Shown here: one piece after another, positions 28,099 through 36,833 of the stretch | Position numbering within the stretch: the first letter of the stretch is position 1 | How the letters are laid out: each line of letters begins with the position of its first letter | From: a bacterium | GTDB lineage: Bacteria; UBA8248 | Assembly: GCA_965261085.1 (NCBI GenBank) | Contig: OZ253442.1 | Coordinates: 224,001-288,000 of the forward strand | Direction: 5' to 3' | Length of the DNA: 64,000 nucleotides | Translations under genes and position numbers: made by a program | Notes under the pieces: generated by a model | What the model was told of the DNA's origin: nothing | Seen by the model: only the letters and a program-made list of their open reading frames with translations | Database searches by the model: none

Positions 28099-28443
28099 AT
28101 GAACGACCATTCAGAGGATAAAACGGGGGAAAACGGCATGGGAAACACGATCAACAAGCACATCCGCGTTGACGAAGACCACTGGAAACGGATCGAAAAG
28201 GCCGCTCATGAGCGGGGGATTTCACCGAGCCGGTTGATGATCTCGGCGGCGCTCGAGGCGATCGAGGGACGGGAATGGCCTCGTACGGAAGCGGAAATCC
28301 ATCTGTTGCGCTCCGCAATGTTCGCCGCACAGGCCATCATCCGCGACATGGAGAGGGCAGGGCGAGAGGAAGAGATCGAGCAAATCAGCAGAAATATCTC
28401 CGAAGTCGCGACCGAATTGCCGGGCAAATCGGGGCGGGATTAA
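28099..28443 (+). CDS. Ribbon-helix-helix protein, relaxosome accessory factor candidate
   Basis: KHIRVDEDHWKRIEKAAHERGISPSRLMISAALE fits the RHH beta-alpha-alpha pattern; true start may be 28138. Confidence 0.6.
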   Translation: MNDHSEDKTGENGMGNTINKHIRVDEDHWKRIEKAAHERGISPSRLMISAALEAIEGREWPRTEAEIHLLRSAMFAAQAIIRDMERAGREEEIEQISRNISEVATELPGKSGRD

Positions 28444-28642
28444 GTCGGCTTCAAAAAAATTTGCGGGTGATGCGGGTAAGTTTCGGATGAGAATAGTAGT
28501 GTAGCTGACGGAAAGACAACTTTAAACGTTCGGGTTCGAGACGAAAAAGGATGAACTTTTCAAGGCAAAATCGGTCAAATAGATGCAAATTTAGGGAATT
28601 ATAAACTTAACTATGCAAATTAGCTCAAGCCCTTCAATATCT

Positions 28643-28858
28643 TTAACCTGTTTGAATTTTCGAAAGGCTTTCTTTGATATCTTCAAGTTGTCTGATAATT
28701 CCCGGATTTTCTTCCGTTCCATCCAGCAATCTATTCAAATCTTCTCTTAACAATTGATTACTTTTATCTATTCTGTCTGCCATCTTTTTTGCTAACATTC
28801 CAACCTCCTTTTCTAATTTATTCAAACGTTTCTTAATTGTATTTATATTGTTTGTCAT
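28643..28858 (-). CDS. Small coiled-coil hypothetical protein (passenger)
   Basis: 71 aa with GGGAGAGG RBS; AT-rich. Confidence 0.5.
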   Translation of the reverse strand: MTNNINTIKKRLNKLEKEVGMLAKKMADRIDKSNQLLREDLNRLLDGTEENPGIIRQLEDIKESLSKIQTG

Positions 28859-29040
28859 AACCCTCTCCCTAAAAAGAAATTCAATTTAATCTTTTTCAAT
28901 AATATCCATTCCGGTATAAACCTTCAATCACTCCAACAAAATCAATATTTCTTAAAATAAAATCAAAATATCTTATAATAACACTTGACATATATTGCAT
29001 TATTTGATATAATTTTATTATTGAATAGGAGATACACTCA

Positions 29041-29985
29041 ATGGCACACAAAGCACCCGGCAAGGCATTCAGAGAAGGTATTTCACTAATCGACCTTTTC
29101 AAGATGTTCCCCGATGAGGAAACCGCCACCGCATGGTTTGAATGCTTGAAGTGGGGCAAAGACCTTGAATATCTTTGTTGTCCTCGTTGCGGTTGCATGG
29201 ACAAAGTAAGTGTAGTCCCTTCAAAAAAACCTATGCCCTACTGGTGCGGTGATTGCCGACGCAATTTTAGTGTTCGAATTGGAACAGTCATGGAAAAATC
29301 AAGGATTCCCCTTCAAAAATGGGCAATCGCCATGTACCTGAATGTAACAAGCCTTAAAGGTGTTTCTTCAATGAAACTTCATCGAGACCTTGATATTTCC
29401 CAAAGGTCTGCTTGGTTCATGGGCCATAGAATCAGGGAAGCTATGAATAATGAAGAAGGATTGTTTGAAGGCCCTGTTGAAATCGATGAAACTTATGTAG
29501 GTGGTTTGGAAAGGAACAAACACGGGAAGAAGAAACTCAAGGCAGGACGCGGTGGAGTAGGTAAGGAAATCGTAGTTGGAATCAAGGATCGCAAAACCAA
29601 TAAAATTCATGTCGAAGTGGTGGAAGATACCAAGCAGGAAACATTACATGAAGTGGTGAATAGAAACGTTGATGATGATGCTGATAAGTTCACTGATGAA
29701 AATCGTTCATATAGGGGATTGAAGAACCACAAGAGAGTGAACCATAGCATGGGCAAGTGGGTTGATGAAATGGCTCACACAAACGGCATTGAATCCTTCT
29801 GGTCAATGTTCAAGCGGGGATTTCATGGAACCTACCACCGGATGAGCCGCAAGCAGTTGCATCGCTATATCAATGAATTTAGTGATAAACACAATATCCG
29901 ACCAATGGATACTATTTCCCAAATGGAAACTCTTGCCGGTAACATGGACGGCAAGAGACTAACCTATGAAGATTTGGTTGCTTAA
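29041..29985 (+). CDS. IS1595-family DDE transposase
   Basis: Zn ribbon CPRC..CGDC; VEIDETYVGG, TDE..SY, VNHS, HTNGIESFWS.FKRG..G.YH and YINEF motifs. Confidence 0.95.
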   Translation: MAHKAPGKAFREGISLIDLFKMFPDEETATAWFECLKWGKDLEYLCCPRCGCMDKVSVVPSKKPMPYWCGDCRRNFSVRIGTVMEKSRIPLQKWAIAMYLNVTSLKGVSSMKLHRDLDISQRSAWFMGHRIREAMNNEEGLFEGPVEIDETYVGGLERNKHGKKKLKAGRGGVGKEIVVGIKDRKTNKIHVEVVEDTKQETLHEVVNRNVDDDADKFTDENRSYRGLKNHKRVNHSMGKWVDEMAHTNGIESFWSMFKRGFHGTYHRMSRKQLHRYINEFSDKHNIRPMDTISQMETLAGNMDGKRLTYEDLVA

Positions 29986-29987
29986 TC

Positions 29988-30122
29988 ATGACGAAAATAG
30001 AAAACGATAAGAAGAAAGAAGAACAAAAGAAAGCGCGAGATTCTATCCCTTCGGAAGTGCATGAACAAGTAGAAGCCGTAGCAAAAAAGATTCTTGGAGT
30101 TCATAAAAAGAAGAAAAAGTAA
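29988..30122 (+). CDS. Small basic protein (44 aa) directly after the transposase
   Basis: ATG 2 nt after the transposase stop; MTKIENDKKKEEQKKARDSIPSEVHEQVEAVAKKILGVHKKKKK. Confidence 0.4.
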   Translation: MTKIENDKKKEEQKKARDSIPSEVHEQVEAVAKKILGVHKKKKK

Positions 30123-30144
30123 GATTTTCTTGTATAAATAGAAA

Positions 30145-30254
30145 CGGCGACACCCGGCAGTGGGAATTTTCCCTCGGTTGCTCTAAGGCTTGGAGGTAAG
30201 GCCACATCCCAACGCGGTGGTGGCACGTCCCTTAACCTGCCGGGTGTCTCGCCG
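30145..30254. ncRNA. Candidate structured RNA/DNA element 1
   Basis: 12-bp perfect closing stem GACACCCGGCAG/CTGCCGGGTGTC with internal hairpins; GC-rich island in AT-rich DNA. Confidence 0.35.
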
Positions 30255-30274
30255 CGCCGTTCCTTATCTTAATC

Positions 30275-30517
30275 ATGTTATCCACTTCAAGTCAATTTCT
30301 TATACCCAACACAACCACAATGACACGAATCACAAGAATGATAATGAATGAAAAGAGACAACATGATATCCATGAAGAAGCAATGGAATGGGTTAATGAT
30401 AGTGTGATGTCTTGGATTCGGAATGGGGATGTTCTTGAGGAAATAATCAATAGAGGCTGGTTGTATTATGGAATCGTGGCGTATCGTGTGAACCATTCAA
30501 ACGAGGACAAAAATTGA
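30275..30517 (+). CDS. Hypothetical protein (passenger)
   Basis: ORF overlapping the start of the next ORF; start uncertain. Confidence 0.35.
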   Translation: MLSTSSQFLIPNTTTMTRITRMIMNEKRQHDIHEEAMEWVNDSVMSWIRNGDVLEEIINRGWLYYGIVAYRVNHSNEDKN

Positions 30518-30723
30518 AAATCTTCCGTGAAAAAATTCGAACAACAAATGAAAAACGATGGGTTCAGGCATCCATAGAAGATAAGCATTGCATCAAGATA
30601 CGAAGCAAAAGGAATATGGTACGACTTCCCGATGATCGTGATGATATGTATTCAAGTCGTCTAGGCGTCAGGACATGGAAAAACTACCGGAAAAACCAAT
30701 GGAAAATGATTAAATTAATTTAA
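30514..30723 (+). CDS. Small basic hypothetical protein (passenger)
   Basis: GAGGA RBS; IRSKRN..RLPD..DD......RTWKNYRKNQWK motif. Confidence 0.45.
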   Translation: MKIFREKIRTTNEKRWVQASIEDKHCIKIRSKRNMVRLPDDRDDMYSSRLGVRTWKNYRKNQWKMIKLI

Positions 30724-30890
30724 TCTTGACTTTCTAATTTTTGTTTTTTCGTCAATTCTTCTAATTTTTTGGTATTTTTCAAATCGCCAACAACTCCCTT
30801 CTCAATAATATAGGTCTTTTATGGTAAAAATGCAAATTGTTCCGCTTCCGACTTCTCCCGGTTGAAATTGAGTCCATAATCGTAAATAGT

Positions 30891-30986
30891 GGGGATTACC
30901 CATCGCTCTTTTTTTCCAGACAGGAGGACTCAACTCTAATCTGGAACGACACTTCTTTCCACGAGGTTAACCGATGGGTAATCCCC
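30891..30986. ncRNA. Candidate structured element 2
   Basis: Perfect 15-bp inverted repeat GGGGATTACCCATCG at 30891-30905 and 30972-30986, with an inner TTCCAGA/TCTGGAA stem. Confidence 0.35.
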
Positions 30987-31057
30987 TGTCTACTTATTTC
31001 GCTACAGCCCTTGGATTGTTGTGTTGATATGGTGGTTGATTCAATTTCTCAATGCTC

Positions 31058-31312
31058 TTAACTTATAGCCTTAAAACCATTAACTACATTATTGTTGGTG
31101 GTCTCAACGAGCTTGCACACAACTTTAAGGCCGTTGTCCAATTGATCAATCCGGCCATCCATTTTGTCGAGCCGGCCATCCATTTTGTCGAGCCGACCAT
31201 CAATCTTGTCGAACCGAGCATCGTGCTCATCAAACCGACCATCAATCTTGTCGAAGCGATCATTCATATCACCGCGAAATTCCTTAAATGTTTGTCTTGT
31301 TTCATCGTCCAT
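31058..31312 (-). CDS. Heptad-repeat coiled-coil small protein
   Basis: RFDKIDG/RFDEHDA/RLDKMDG repeats from a 21-bp tandem unit; GGAGG RBS. Confidence 0.65.
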   Translation of the reverse strand: MDDETRQTFKEFRGDMNDRFDKIDGRFDEHDARFDKIDGRLDKMDGRLDKMDGRIDQLDNGLKVVCKLVETTNNNVVNGFKAIS

Positions 31313-31393
31313 AGATCAAACCTCCTTTACCTTCCTCCATTCTGTTTCATGGGTGCGAGGCTACACAATGTATAACCCCGCACCCAATAATTC

Positions 31394-33025
31394 TTATTTC
31401 TTTTCCGCGCCGAATGCGCCAGCAACTATTCCATTCACAAAATTACCATTGAACTCGCCGGTAGCCATAGTGGGAGCATCATCCCCACCGCCGCCGTATA
31501 GCATTCCTTCATAAGGCGCGTCGGTCCCGCCACCGTTCGTCATGCCGGAGAAAGCACCCGTGCCGGGGGTAATTTCTCCCTGTTTTAGCTTGAGCACCCA
31601 AGCGTTCATTTCCCCACCCGAGAGGTCGAAATTTGTGACCATGCCCTCGATAGTGTCCGCTTTGTTCACCGAAACGTCGTTCCCTCCAAATGATGCGGTC
31701 AGTTCCACATCAGCCATGAACGAGCCAGCCGTCACCTTCTCCTTGCTGCCATCCGCCTTGAGTGTGTCATAGGTGTAAACACCCGCCGCATTGCCTTCAT
31801 AAGTCGCCGTTCCCTCAACGTTGCTGTAATCAGGAGTAGTATCTGCATCCGCAAGAGACACGGCTCCGTGGAAGGTCTGAACGGCGCTGTACCCTTTATC
31901 GTTCTTCTTGAGCCAAAAACCGTAGTAATGGTAATCGGTATCCGCCACGTCAACCGTTGCGCCCGCGTCCGGCGTAAATCTGAACGTGCCCGTGAACGCC
32001 GTCGTAACGCCCATATGGTTTACAGTGGCGGAACACCCACTACTATCGGTACAATCGAAAGTGCCCTTCGCTCCATCGAATTTACCCCTATGCTTACCCT
32101 CGTCAGTTGTCGTAGTACTGTTGTCCGTGCGGAATGATTCTTCTCGCGTCTCACCTTCACGAGCGGCGGGGATGCCGAGGTCTATCTTACCCTTCATGGC
32201 ATCCACCACCTCCATTGTCTGGAAATCTTCTCTGGAGGTGGCTGGATCATCAATCAAGGTTAAAGGATGAACCACGCCGAAAGGCGTGGTTGTCGGGGCC
32301 TCGATGTTAGTATACGCACCGATGATCTCCGTATCCTTGCCAATGGTCCTCGTATGCTTGCCATCCATCATCTTGAATTTTTGGTCGGATTTTCCGAGGT
32401 TGGCCGGGTCCATTACCTCAATCATAGGACCGTCTTTATACGTGATTTTGAGGTTATACATGGTAGTAACGGCGGTTTCATCGTAAGCCCCGCCACCATC
32501 AAACGGCCTGATATCTACGGCGGTTGCCCCACCGGCCTCGGCCATCATAGCCTTAGCTTTCGTCTCGGCCATTTTTGTAGCAGCTTTCCTCATTTCAACT
32601 TCACGCATTTTCTCGTCAACCATGTTCTGCGCAGTCCGCACCATGCCAGCGTACTTCACAGCATCATCTCGTGCCGCTTCCGCCATCATCTGATATTTCT
32701 TAGCGTCTGCCGTATTATCCGCTGCCTGAGCCATATCGCTGTACATCTTTGCATCTGCCGCCGCATCAACCGCTCGCGTATGAGAAGGCACGTCTGCATC
32801 CGTCATGCTGACAACACCACTCACCGCAGCCATAGCAGCCGCATAAGCATCCATTGCAGCTTTTTTGGCGTCCGCAATCGAAGTGTCCGGCATCGTCATG
32901 GATGTATCGTCTTTCGATGTATCGTCTTTCATAACTGATCCACCACCGCCTCCACCACATCCAGCAATGCCGAATGCCGCGATTAGAACGAGGGCCATTG
33001 AAAGAGTTTTGAATCTTTGCATCAT
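31394..33025 (-). CDS. Surface lipoprotein with a TbpB-like C-terminal beta-barrel
   Basis: AAGGAGG RBS, lipobox IAGC, Gly linker, Ala-rich helical stalk, and GTATYEG.AAG...GEFNG.F.NG.VAGAFGA. Confidence 0.75.
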   Translation of the reverse strand: MMQRFKTLSMALVLIAAFGIAGCGGGGGGSVMKDDTSKDDTSMTMPDTSIADAKKAAMDAYAAAMAAVSGVVSMTDADVPSHTRAVDAAADAKMYSDMAQAADNTADAKKYQMMAEAARDDAVKYAGMVRTAQNMVDEKMREVEMRKAATKMAETKAKAMMAEAGGATAVDIRPFDGGGAYDETAVTTMYNLKITYKDGPMIEVMDPANLGKSDQKFKMMDGKHTRTIGKDTEIIGAYTNIEAPTTTPFGVVHPLTLIDDPATSREDFQTMEVVDAMKGKIDLGIPAAREGETREESFRTDNSTTTTDEGKHRGKFDGAKGTFDCTDSSGCSATVNHMGVTTAFTGTFRFTPDAGATVDVADTDYHYYGFWLKKNDKGYSAVQTFHGAVSLADADTTPDYSNVEGTATYEGNAAGVYTYDTLKADGSKEKVTAGSFMADVELTASFGGNDVSVNKADTIEGMVTNFDLSGGEMNAWVLKLKQGEITPGTGAFSGMTNGGGTDAPYEGMLYGGGGDDAPTMATGEFNGNFVNGIVAGAFGAEKK

Positions 33026-33544
33026 ACTTCCTCCTTGAGAGTTTACTGCGTGAATTTCCGATGTTAACTGCATGTTTGTTTTATAGATAACCTGCCCCTC
33101 CTTGAGCGATTTTACTTCTCTGCATATTGGTTAGCTTCGATTGTCCGCCATGAACAAATCAATGTCAACCTGAAAAAATTTGACTTATCATTCATTGGCA
33201 ATCAACCCTTTAGCCGGGTCGGTTGCCAAACGCATCTCACATAAAGTGGAGTCCCCGCATATTCTCACTCCGGGAAGGAATGATCTTGTATTCAGCAAGC
33301 GGCCCGGTTCTCCAGACCGAGCAACTTTTTTTGGCAAATTAATACTACTAAAAAACTCCTTTGTTGACAACTTGATCTTTCAAAAGCATTCGGAGATAGG
33401 TTCCTCGATATCCAGACTACGCACCACTTTTATTCAGTAACCACTTTCTATGCAATCAACCCTTCGGGCTGAACATTACGCAATTAACTCCTTATATTTA
33501 AGCCGCTTTTGACTCATTCCATTAGCGATAGGTTTAGTATATTT

Positions 33545-33632
33545 GGTGGCCCCGGTGCCAGCTAGGTAAGGTGGGAATCTAGGCCGTAATCCGTACGGGA
33601 GTGAACCCCCCCTAAAAATCCCCGGTGCCACC
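33545..33632. ncRNA. Candidate structured element 3, just inside the right TIR
   Basis: Closing stem of 10/11 bp (GGTGGCCCCGG/CCGGTGCCACC); direct repeat CCCCGGTGCCA at 33550-33560 and 33620-33630. Confidence 0.3.
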
Positions 33633-34229
33633 TTCTTTATTTATACAAAAAGTTCTGGAATTTTGCATAGTTAAGTTTATAATTCCCCAAATTTATAAAA
33701 GAAGTTGTAAAATGAATGGTTGATACATTGTGAAAGAACATCCGGGTCACGAATTGGCAATGTAAAGGCGTTATAAATGAGGCCGAAGAGCGGGACATTT
33801 CGTCGAACCGTCTCGTGTTAGAATGTGCGGCGCTCTAGAGGAAGATACATACCCTCCGGAGGCATTCTGTCCACCAGAGCTGGGTAAAACTCGTTCACCA
33901 GCTTTCTCCCACCTCGGGGGCCGAGGACGATGGTTCTCGACCGTTAACAGAAACGAGGAAACTCTATGAAGCAGGTGTTACGCTCCAGCGGATTGTTTTG
34001 CGTGAATGGAAGCGTGCGACGGGACGGGGTGCGAGGGTGTCGGAATCAGATATCCCGGGAATGATGAGGGGTAGGCGCAGACATGTCGAGCCGTGTATGC
34101 ATGTTGATCAAATCCGGTTACGAAACAATTACACAACCCGGCAGGACGTCATCAGGAGGACAGGGGGAGACGGAAATCCTTGTCAATAAACAGACGCAGG
34201 ACTCCCAAGAGCGTGGAAATTTTCCAGAA

Positions 34230-34691
34230 CTACGAACGTGTCAGTGATGATTGAATGCGATAGAAGTCCTGGACGACACTCGATACGTCGATTCTTTCCG
34301 ACCGCAGAGCACCGTGAGCGATCTGGTTACGAACATTATAATGCTGCATCGCCCGTTTCCAGTACTCCGTGCCCTTTTCGAGGACAAGCGTCAATCGGTC
34401 CTCCAAACTTAGACCTGATAGCCTTCGGTCTTCCGGGTTGTATAGCGACCACGCCCGACGGTAGTTCCAGTCTCCGTGCTCCTGCCCGCGGCGAATTGCC
34501 TGTCGGCATGCCTCCTCGATTTCCGCCTCGAGTTGCCCCCAGGCCAACACGAAGTACGCCTGATCGTTGATTCGCTGCTTTAGCGCGATCCGCTCGTCAC
34601 GCTCGGCGGCCACGCCTGCCACATCCCGTTGGCTTTCCAGAAAATTGTCTATTTGCTCATAGACTGCGGCGATGGCCTCAAGGTCCTTCAC
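34230..34691 (-). CDS. HEPN-motif protein
   Basis: Helical 153-aa protein with AYFVL.WGQLE and RNQIAHG (Rx4H). Confidence 0.65.
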   Translation of the reverse strand: MKDLEAIAAVYEQIDNFLESQRDVAGVAAERDERIALKQRINDQAYFVLAWGQLEAEIEEACRQAIRRGQEHGDWNYRRAWSLYNPEDRRLSGLSLEDRLTLVLEKGTEYWKRAMQHYNVRNQIAHGALRSERIDVSSVVQDFYRIQSSLTRS

Positions 34692-35134
34692 GACAGCGCC
34701 TGCTTGAGCCAGCTTTCCGTCAGGTCGACCCGGTCGAGCCGCTGCTCGGCGTTCGCAACCTGCCAGTCCGGCGTTTCAAAACTGCCGGCCACGTCAACGA
34801 TGAGGTAGTGACTGCTCCCAAACTTCATGTCAATCCGGCCATTCGCGCCGATGATCCAAAGTCCGCGCGGTTCGAGTCGCGCACTGTTTCCCGAACCGTT
34901 GACGAGCAGGAGCGTTGGAATCTGCCTTGCCGCCACATTGAACCTGCGCATCATTTCTTCGTGCATGCACACCGTCTCTCCCTCTTGCGCGGTCCAGCCG
35001 TCCGGCAGCCACTCGCCAATTTTGGTGTAGAGGTTCTCCACGCGCTCTTCCCAGTCGTTGACCCGCCGATTGATATGCCGGGCGTCGACTTTTTCGTCGG
35101 TCACGTCATCAAGAACGTTCTTCATCTCACTCAC
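34688..35134 (-). CDS. Hypothetical protein coupled to the HEPN gene
   Basis: 148 aa with W..RV..LY..I..WL and P.GLWIIGANGRID; ATGA overlap with the HEPN gene. Confidence 0.7.
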   Translation of the reverse strand: MSEMKNVLDDVTDEKVDARHINRRVNDWEERVENLYTKIGEWLPDGWTAQEGETVCMHEEMMRRFNVAARQIPTLLLVNGSGNSARLEPRGLWIIGANGRIDMKFGSSHYLIVDVAGSFETPDWQVANAEQRLDRVDLTESWLKQALS

Positions 35135-35704
35135 CTCTCGGGGAAGACAACGGACAACCTGAGATTATCCAGCCAATCCAGGATTCCGTGTGTCACGGAA
35201 GGGCACACCCGCAAGCTTGCAAATTGAGTCTTCACCTCCTGCCACCACATGCTACAATGATCGCAACGACCTGCACAACGCCAAGGGAGTGTCCTTCGCC
35301 AAGACCCACACTCGTTTCCTCCTCCGCTCCCGGGATATGGCCTGGGCGTCAAGCATTGCCATAGCCCTCGACTCAAGAGGGCCGGACTTGGGCGCGAAAT
35401 CAGCCGTAACATCGAAGTTGTGCCGCAAATGCCAGCAATAAACAGCGAAACAGGAGCTTGAATAGTCCAATCGGTCGAGCTCTGCGGACGATAATGCGTG
35501 AACTTGAAACCCGGAGTCGCGCGGCGCAGGCAAACAAGATTACGGGCCCGTGAAAAAATCATTGAAATTCCGGCCCGTTTTTGCCTAGTTTCTAAAATGA
35601 TTATCAAGGCCCGTCATGTTCACGAGATTCCTCCAGCCATTTCCTTTCATTCATCGCTTAAGTACCCTGCCGCAATATCTGACAACAGTTTGCAGTTTTC
35701 AGTA

Positions 35705-36571
35705 TCAGTACGGCATTCTCTGGTCTCTGCGGCGTAGTTGATATTTTTCGTCGTTGGCAAGATCGGCGAATGGCCGAGATGATCTACCCGATATGTAGTT
35801 AATTGTATGCTCAACAGCTAGGGTGATATCCGTCAGAACGTCGTCAACCGACCCGGCCAAATCGGATGGTCGACCATCGTCTTGTTCAAAACGAAAGCAG
35901 ACATCTATTTCGAAATCAGTGTTACAAAGCCTTGGTGGAAGTTCACCTTTTTTTATAGTCTCATCCTGACGGACACGATAATCGTCTGTAAGACCACCTA
36001 GTTTGGGTTCAATCGAAACTAAATGTCTGTGTTTATCCACATTACAAAGGTATGCTAAATGACTAAACTCAAATGGATTGGCGTTGAGATCGTAGGAACC
36101 ATACTCACCTACGTGAGCGACAAACCCCTGGTTCAATAAAATTTTGGCCTTTTCCTGTTCACCGACTCCTTTAAGCGCTTTGTTGTCTATATATTCACGT
36201 CCTTTCTTCACGTATTCAGAACCTTTTTCTGAATAGATTACTTTGTGGATAACTTTGTCTATCTCCCAAACGATGGGGAATGCGTTTTGTTTGGTCGGAT
36301 TTCCACCGTTTTCACAAACGAGTTTATAAACCAAATGATCAAGCGACGATCTGAGATGATAAGCTATCTCTCCTATCAAGATGGACCATTTTATCGAAGG
36401 CGCATCGAATTTATCCGTAAGTTTGGGACTCCAGGACTTCTCTCCAGTTTGCATTACCTGTACTTTGCCACGCTGAGTTTCGGCAAATGCCTGAATGTCG
36501 GCGCGTAGAGCATCTAATGTGCGACGCGCTGCGTCGAGTTTCGCTTGTATGCCTTCATCATTGGTCGTCAT
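35705..36571 (-). CDS. Hypothetical protein, possibly HEPN-like
   Basis: 288-aa low-GC ORF with IGEI.YHLRSSLDHL...FPI...CNVDKHR. Confidence 0.6.
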   Translation of the reverse strand: MTTNDEGIQAKLDAARRTLDALRADIQAFAETQRGKVQVMQTGEKSWSPKLTDKFDAPSIKWSILIGEIAYHLRSSLDHLVYKLVCENGGNPTKQNAFPIVWEIDKVIHKVIYSEKGSEYVKKGREYIDNKALKGVGEQEKAKILLNQGFVAHVGEYGSYDLNANPFEFSHLAYLCNVDKHRHLVSIEPKLGGLTDDYRVRQDETIKKGELPPRLCNTDFEIDVCFRFEQDDGRPSDLAGSVDDVLTDITLAVEHTINYISGRSSRPFADLANDEKYQLRRRDQRMPY

Positions 36572-36833
36572 TGATCACGCCTTCTTCTCTGCAGCTTTAG
36601 ATTGGATAAGCGGGGCATAGCCCAAATCAAGCTGGCACTAGCGTCAACGGACTTTGGCATTTGTATGTAATACCCTTTGAAATTAGGGAATTCCCAGTCA
36701 TTTTGCATATTAATAAAAATGTCCTATGGAATCGTGAAGATTGAGCAAGAAAATCACAGCCACTCTTCAACTAGCTCAGCGTCGGTATGATCACTGTTCA
36801 TCTCCCGCTTTTTTTATTCCCCGTCGATGCCTG

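Larger units (their letters stand above)
28594..33687 (+). mobile_element. IS1595-family transposon with passenger genes (5094 bp)
   Basis: Perfect 26-bp TIRs GGGAATTATAAACTTAACTATGCAAA at 28594-28619 and 33662-33687; 8-bp TSD CAAATTTA at 28586-28593 and 33688-33695. Confidence 0.93.

Noticed and set aside
1-28443. Claim that the element lacks a coupling protein
   Set aside because: A TraD N-terminus is present at 495-1, missed by the ORF track. Absence of a relaxase cannot be claimed from this window.
33545-33632. Cobalamin riboswitch
   Set aside because: GGTG...GGGAA is present, but the CCCGC.ACTGT core and B12 box are not, and the orientation is opposite to the lipoprotein gene.
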